DNA of 62,299 nt, the filler included, from Nemertoderma westbladi (lineage: Eukaryota > Animalia > Xenacoelomorpha), in assembly GCA_032718475.1 (NCBI GenBank). It is 3 parts of 3 records of this genome, joined end to end, with 100 filler letters (N's around TTAATTAATTAA, not from the genome) between each part and the next. Parts side by side here need not be neighbours in the genome. Positions count along the whole stretch, not along the records: positions 50,338 to 62,299 come from JAUCBJ010002993.1; 2 more parts are not named here. The stretch is one strand, 5' to 3'. The position numbers were made by a program, and so were the translations under genes. Below are positions 59,375 through 62,299 of this stretch, piece by piece (position 1 is the first letter of the stretch; each line of letters starts with the position of its first letter). The notes below the pieces were generated by a model, which ran no database searches, was not told the DNA's origin, and saw nothing but the letters and a program-made list of their open reading frames with translations.

Positions 59375-62299
59375 CACAGTGTTACAACTCAGAAAACACA
59401 GGGCTTCCAGAGTTATTTAACTATATTCGAATATATTACGTCGTAGTGTTTTTAGGCTATAAGCGGCGTTTTTTCATGTTACTTCCTACAGAACCAGTTA
59501 AAAGGTTATAACTTTCGAGGAGACAGTGCCAGTGACTTGAGAAAGTGTGAGACAATTGGGGTTACTATTCCCAATTTGTACACAGTGTTACAACTCAGAA
59601 AACACAGGGCTTCCAGAGTTATTTAACTATATTCGAATATAATACGTCGTAGTGTGTTTTTAGGCTATAAGCGGCGTTTTTTCATGTTACTTCCTACAGA
59701 ACCAGTTAAAAGGTTATAACTTTCGACGAGACAGTGCCAGTAACTTGAGAAAGTGTGAGACAATTGGGGTTACTATTCCCAATTTGTACACAGTGTTACA
59801 ACTCAGAAAACGCAGGGCTTCCAGAGTTATTTAACTATATTCGAATATATTACGTCGTAGTGTGTTTTTAGGCTATAAGCGGCGTTTTTTCATGTTACTA
59901 CCTACAGAACCATTTAAAAGGTTATAACTTTCGAGGAGACAGTGCCAGTGACTAGAGAAAGTGTGAGACAATTGGGGTTACTATTCCCAATTTGTACACA
60001 GTGTTACAACTCAGAAAAGACAGGGCTTCCAGAGTTATTTAACTATATTCGAATATAATACGTCGTAGTGTGTTTTTAGGCTATAAGCGGCGTTTTTTCA
60101 TGTTACTACCTACAGAACCATTTAAAAGGTTATAACTTTCGAGGAGACAGTGCCAGTGACTAGAGAAAGTGTGAGACAATTGGGGTTACTATTCCCAATT
60201 TGTACACAGTGTTACAACTCAGAAAAGACAGGGCTTCCAGAGTTATTTAACTATATTCGAATATAATACGTCGTAGTGTGTTTTTAGGCTGTAAGCGGCG
60301 TTTTTTCATGTTACTACCTACAGAACCAGTTAAAAGGTTATAACTTTCGAGGAGACAGTGCCAGTGACTTGAGAAAGTGTGAGACAATTGGGGTTACTAT
60401 TCCCAATTTGTACACAGTGTTACAACTCAGAAAACACAGGGCTTCCAGAGTTATTTAACTATATTCGAATATAATACGTCGTAGTGTGTTTTTAGGCTAT
60501 AAGCGGCGTTTTTTCATGTTACTTCCTACAGAACCAGTTAAAAGGTTATAACTTTCGAGGAGACAGTGCCAGTAACTTGAGAAAGTGTGAGACAATTGGG
60601 GTTACTATTCCCAATTTGAACACAGTGTTACAACTCAGAAAACACAGGGCTTCCAGAGTTATTTAACTATATTCGAATATAATACGTCGTAGTGTGTTTT
60701 TAGGCTATAAGCGGCGTTTTTTCATGTTACTTCCTACAGAACCAGTTAAAAGGTTATAACTTTCGACGAGACAGTGCCAGTGACTTGAGAAATTGTGAGA
60801 CAATTGGGGTTACTATTCCCAATTTATACACAGTGTTACAACTCAGAAAACGCAGGGCTTCCAGAGTTATTTAACTATATTCGAATATATTACGTCGTAG
60901 TGTGTTTTTAGGCTATAAGCGGCGTTTTTTCATGTTACTACCTACAGAACCAGTTAAAAGGTTATAACTTTCGAGGAGACAGTGCCAGTGACTTGAGAAA
61001 GTGTGAGACAATTGGGGTTACTATTCCCAATTTGTACATAGTGTTACAACTCAGAAAACGCAGGGCTTCCAGAGTTATTTAACTATATTCGAATATATTA
61101 CGTCGTAGTGTGTTTTTAGGCTATAAGCGGCGTTTTTTCATGTTACTACCTACAGAACCAGTTAAAAGGTTATAACTTTTGAGGGGACAGTGCCAGTGAC
61201 TTGAGAAAGTGTGAGACAATTGGGGTTACTATTCCCAATTTGTACACAGTGTTACAACTCAGAAAACAGAGGGCTTCCAGAGTTATTTAACTATATTCGA
61301 ATATATTACGTCGTAGTGTGTTTTTAGGCTATAAGCGGCGTTTTTTCATGTTACTTCCTACAGAACCAGTTAAAAGGTTATAACTTTCGACGAGACAGTG
61401 CCAGTTACTTGAGAAAGTGTGAGACAATTGGGGTTACTATTCCCAATTTGTACACAGTGTTACAACTCAGAAAACACAGGGCTTCCAGAGTTATTTAACT
61501 ATATTCGAATATATTACGTCGTAGTGTGTTTTTAAGCTATAAGCGGCGTTTTTTCATGTTACTTCCTACAGAACCAGTTAAAAGGTTATAACTTTCGAGG
61601 AGACAGTGCCAGTGACTTGAGAAAGTGTGAGACAATTGGGGTTACTATTCCCAATTTGTACATAGTGTTACAACTCAGAAAACGCAGGGCTTCCAGAGTT
61701 ATTTAACTATATTCGAATATATTACGTCGTAGTGTGTTTTTAGGCTATAAGCGGCGTTTTTTCATGTTACTACCTACAGAACCAGTTAAAAGGTTATAAC
61801 TTTCGAGGGGACAGTGCCAGTGACTTGAGAAAGTGTGAGACAATTGGGGTTACTATTCCCAATTTGTACACAGTGTTACAACTCAGAAAACACAGGGCTT
61901 CCAGAGTTATTTAACTATATTCGAATATATTACGTCGTAGTGTTTTTAGGCTATAAGCGGCGTTTTTTCATGTTACTTCCTACAGAACCAGTTAAAAGGT
62001 TATAACTTTCGACGAGACAGTGCCAGTGACTTGAGAAAGTGTGAGACAATTGGGGTTACTATTCCCAATTTGTACACAGTGTTACAACTCAGAAAACACA
62101 GGGCTTCCAGAGTTATTTAACTATATTCGAATATATTACGTCGTAGTGTGTTTTTAGGCTATAAGCGGCGTTTTTTCATGTTACTTCCTACAGAACCAGT
62201 TAAAAGGTTATAACTTTCGAGGAGACAGTGCCAGTGACTTGAGAAAGTGTGAGACAATTGGGGTTACTATTCCCAATTTGTACATAGTGTTACAACTCA
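59375..62299. repeat. 208-bp satellite, about 14 copies, running off the window end
   Basis: Units start at 59375, 59581, 59789, 59997 and so on; few substitutions between units. Confidence 0.98.

Overview
AT-rich, repeat-dense DNA from a non-vertebrate animal, in three segments joined by two artificial 100-nt gaps (N44-TTAATTAATTAA-N44 at 21577-21676 and 50238-50337), so adjacency across the gaps is not guaranteed. Host genes: a spliced orphan gene with a long disordered Pro-rich tail (7466-3523, minus), tRNA-Cys(GCA), intronless MRPL40, three exons of a beta-trefoil (FGF/fascin-like) protein, and one exon of an MFS/SLC16-like transporter. Most of the rest is mobile DNA. It includes a Gypsy-related LTR element with CG...CG termini and a 3-bp TSD (Troyka-like) plus an older decayed relative, and a three-level nest with TSDs intact at both insertions (RTEX-like LINE > Neptune-type Penelope-like element > CsRn1-clade Gypsy). 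There are also BEL/Pao, RTE, CRE, L2/CR1-like, IS3EU-like, hAT, mariner-like and piggyBac-like pieces, and a 208-bp satellite that starts exactly at a CACAGTG heptamer. The most unusual object is the Penelope-like element. Its RT palm appears to be split by a ~410-codon Thr/Pro-rich repeat insert, and its 3' region carries a perfect 39-bp hairpin and a variant minimal hammerhead ribozyme. All family assignments are by eye from motifs; no searches were run.
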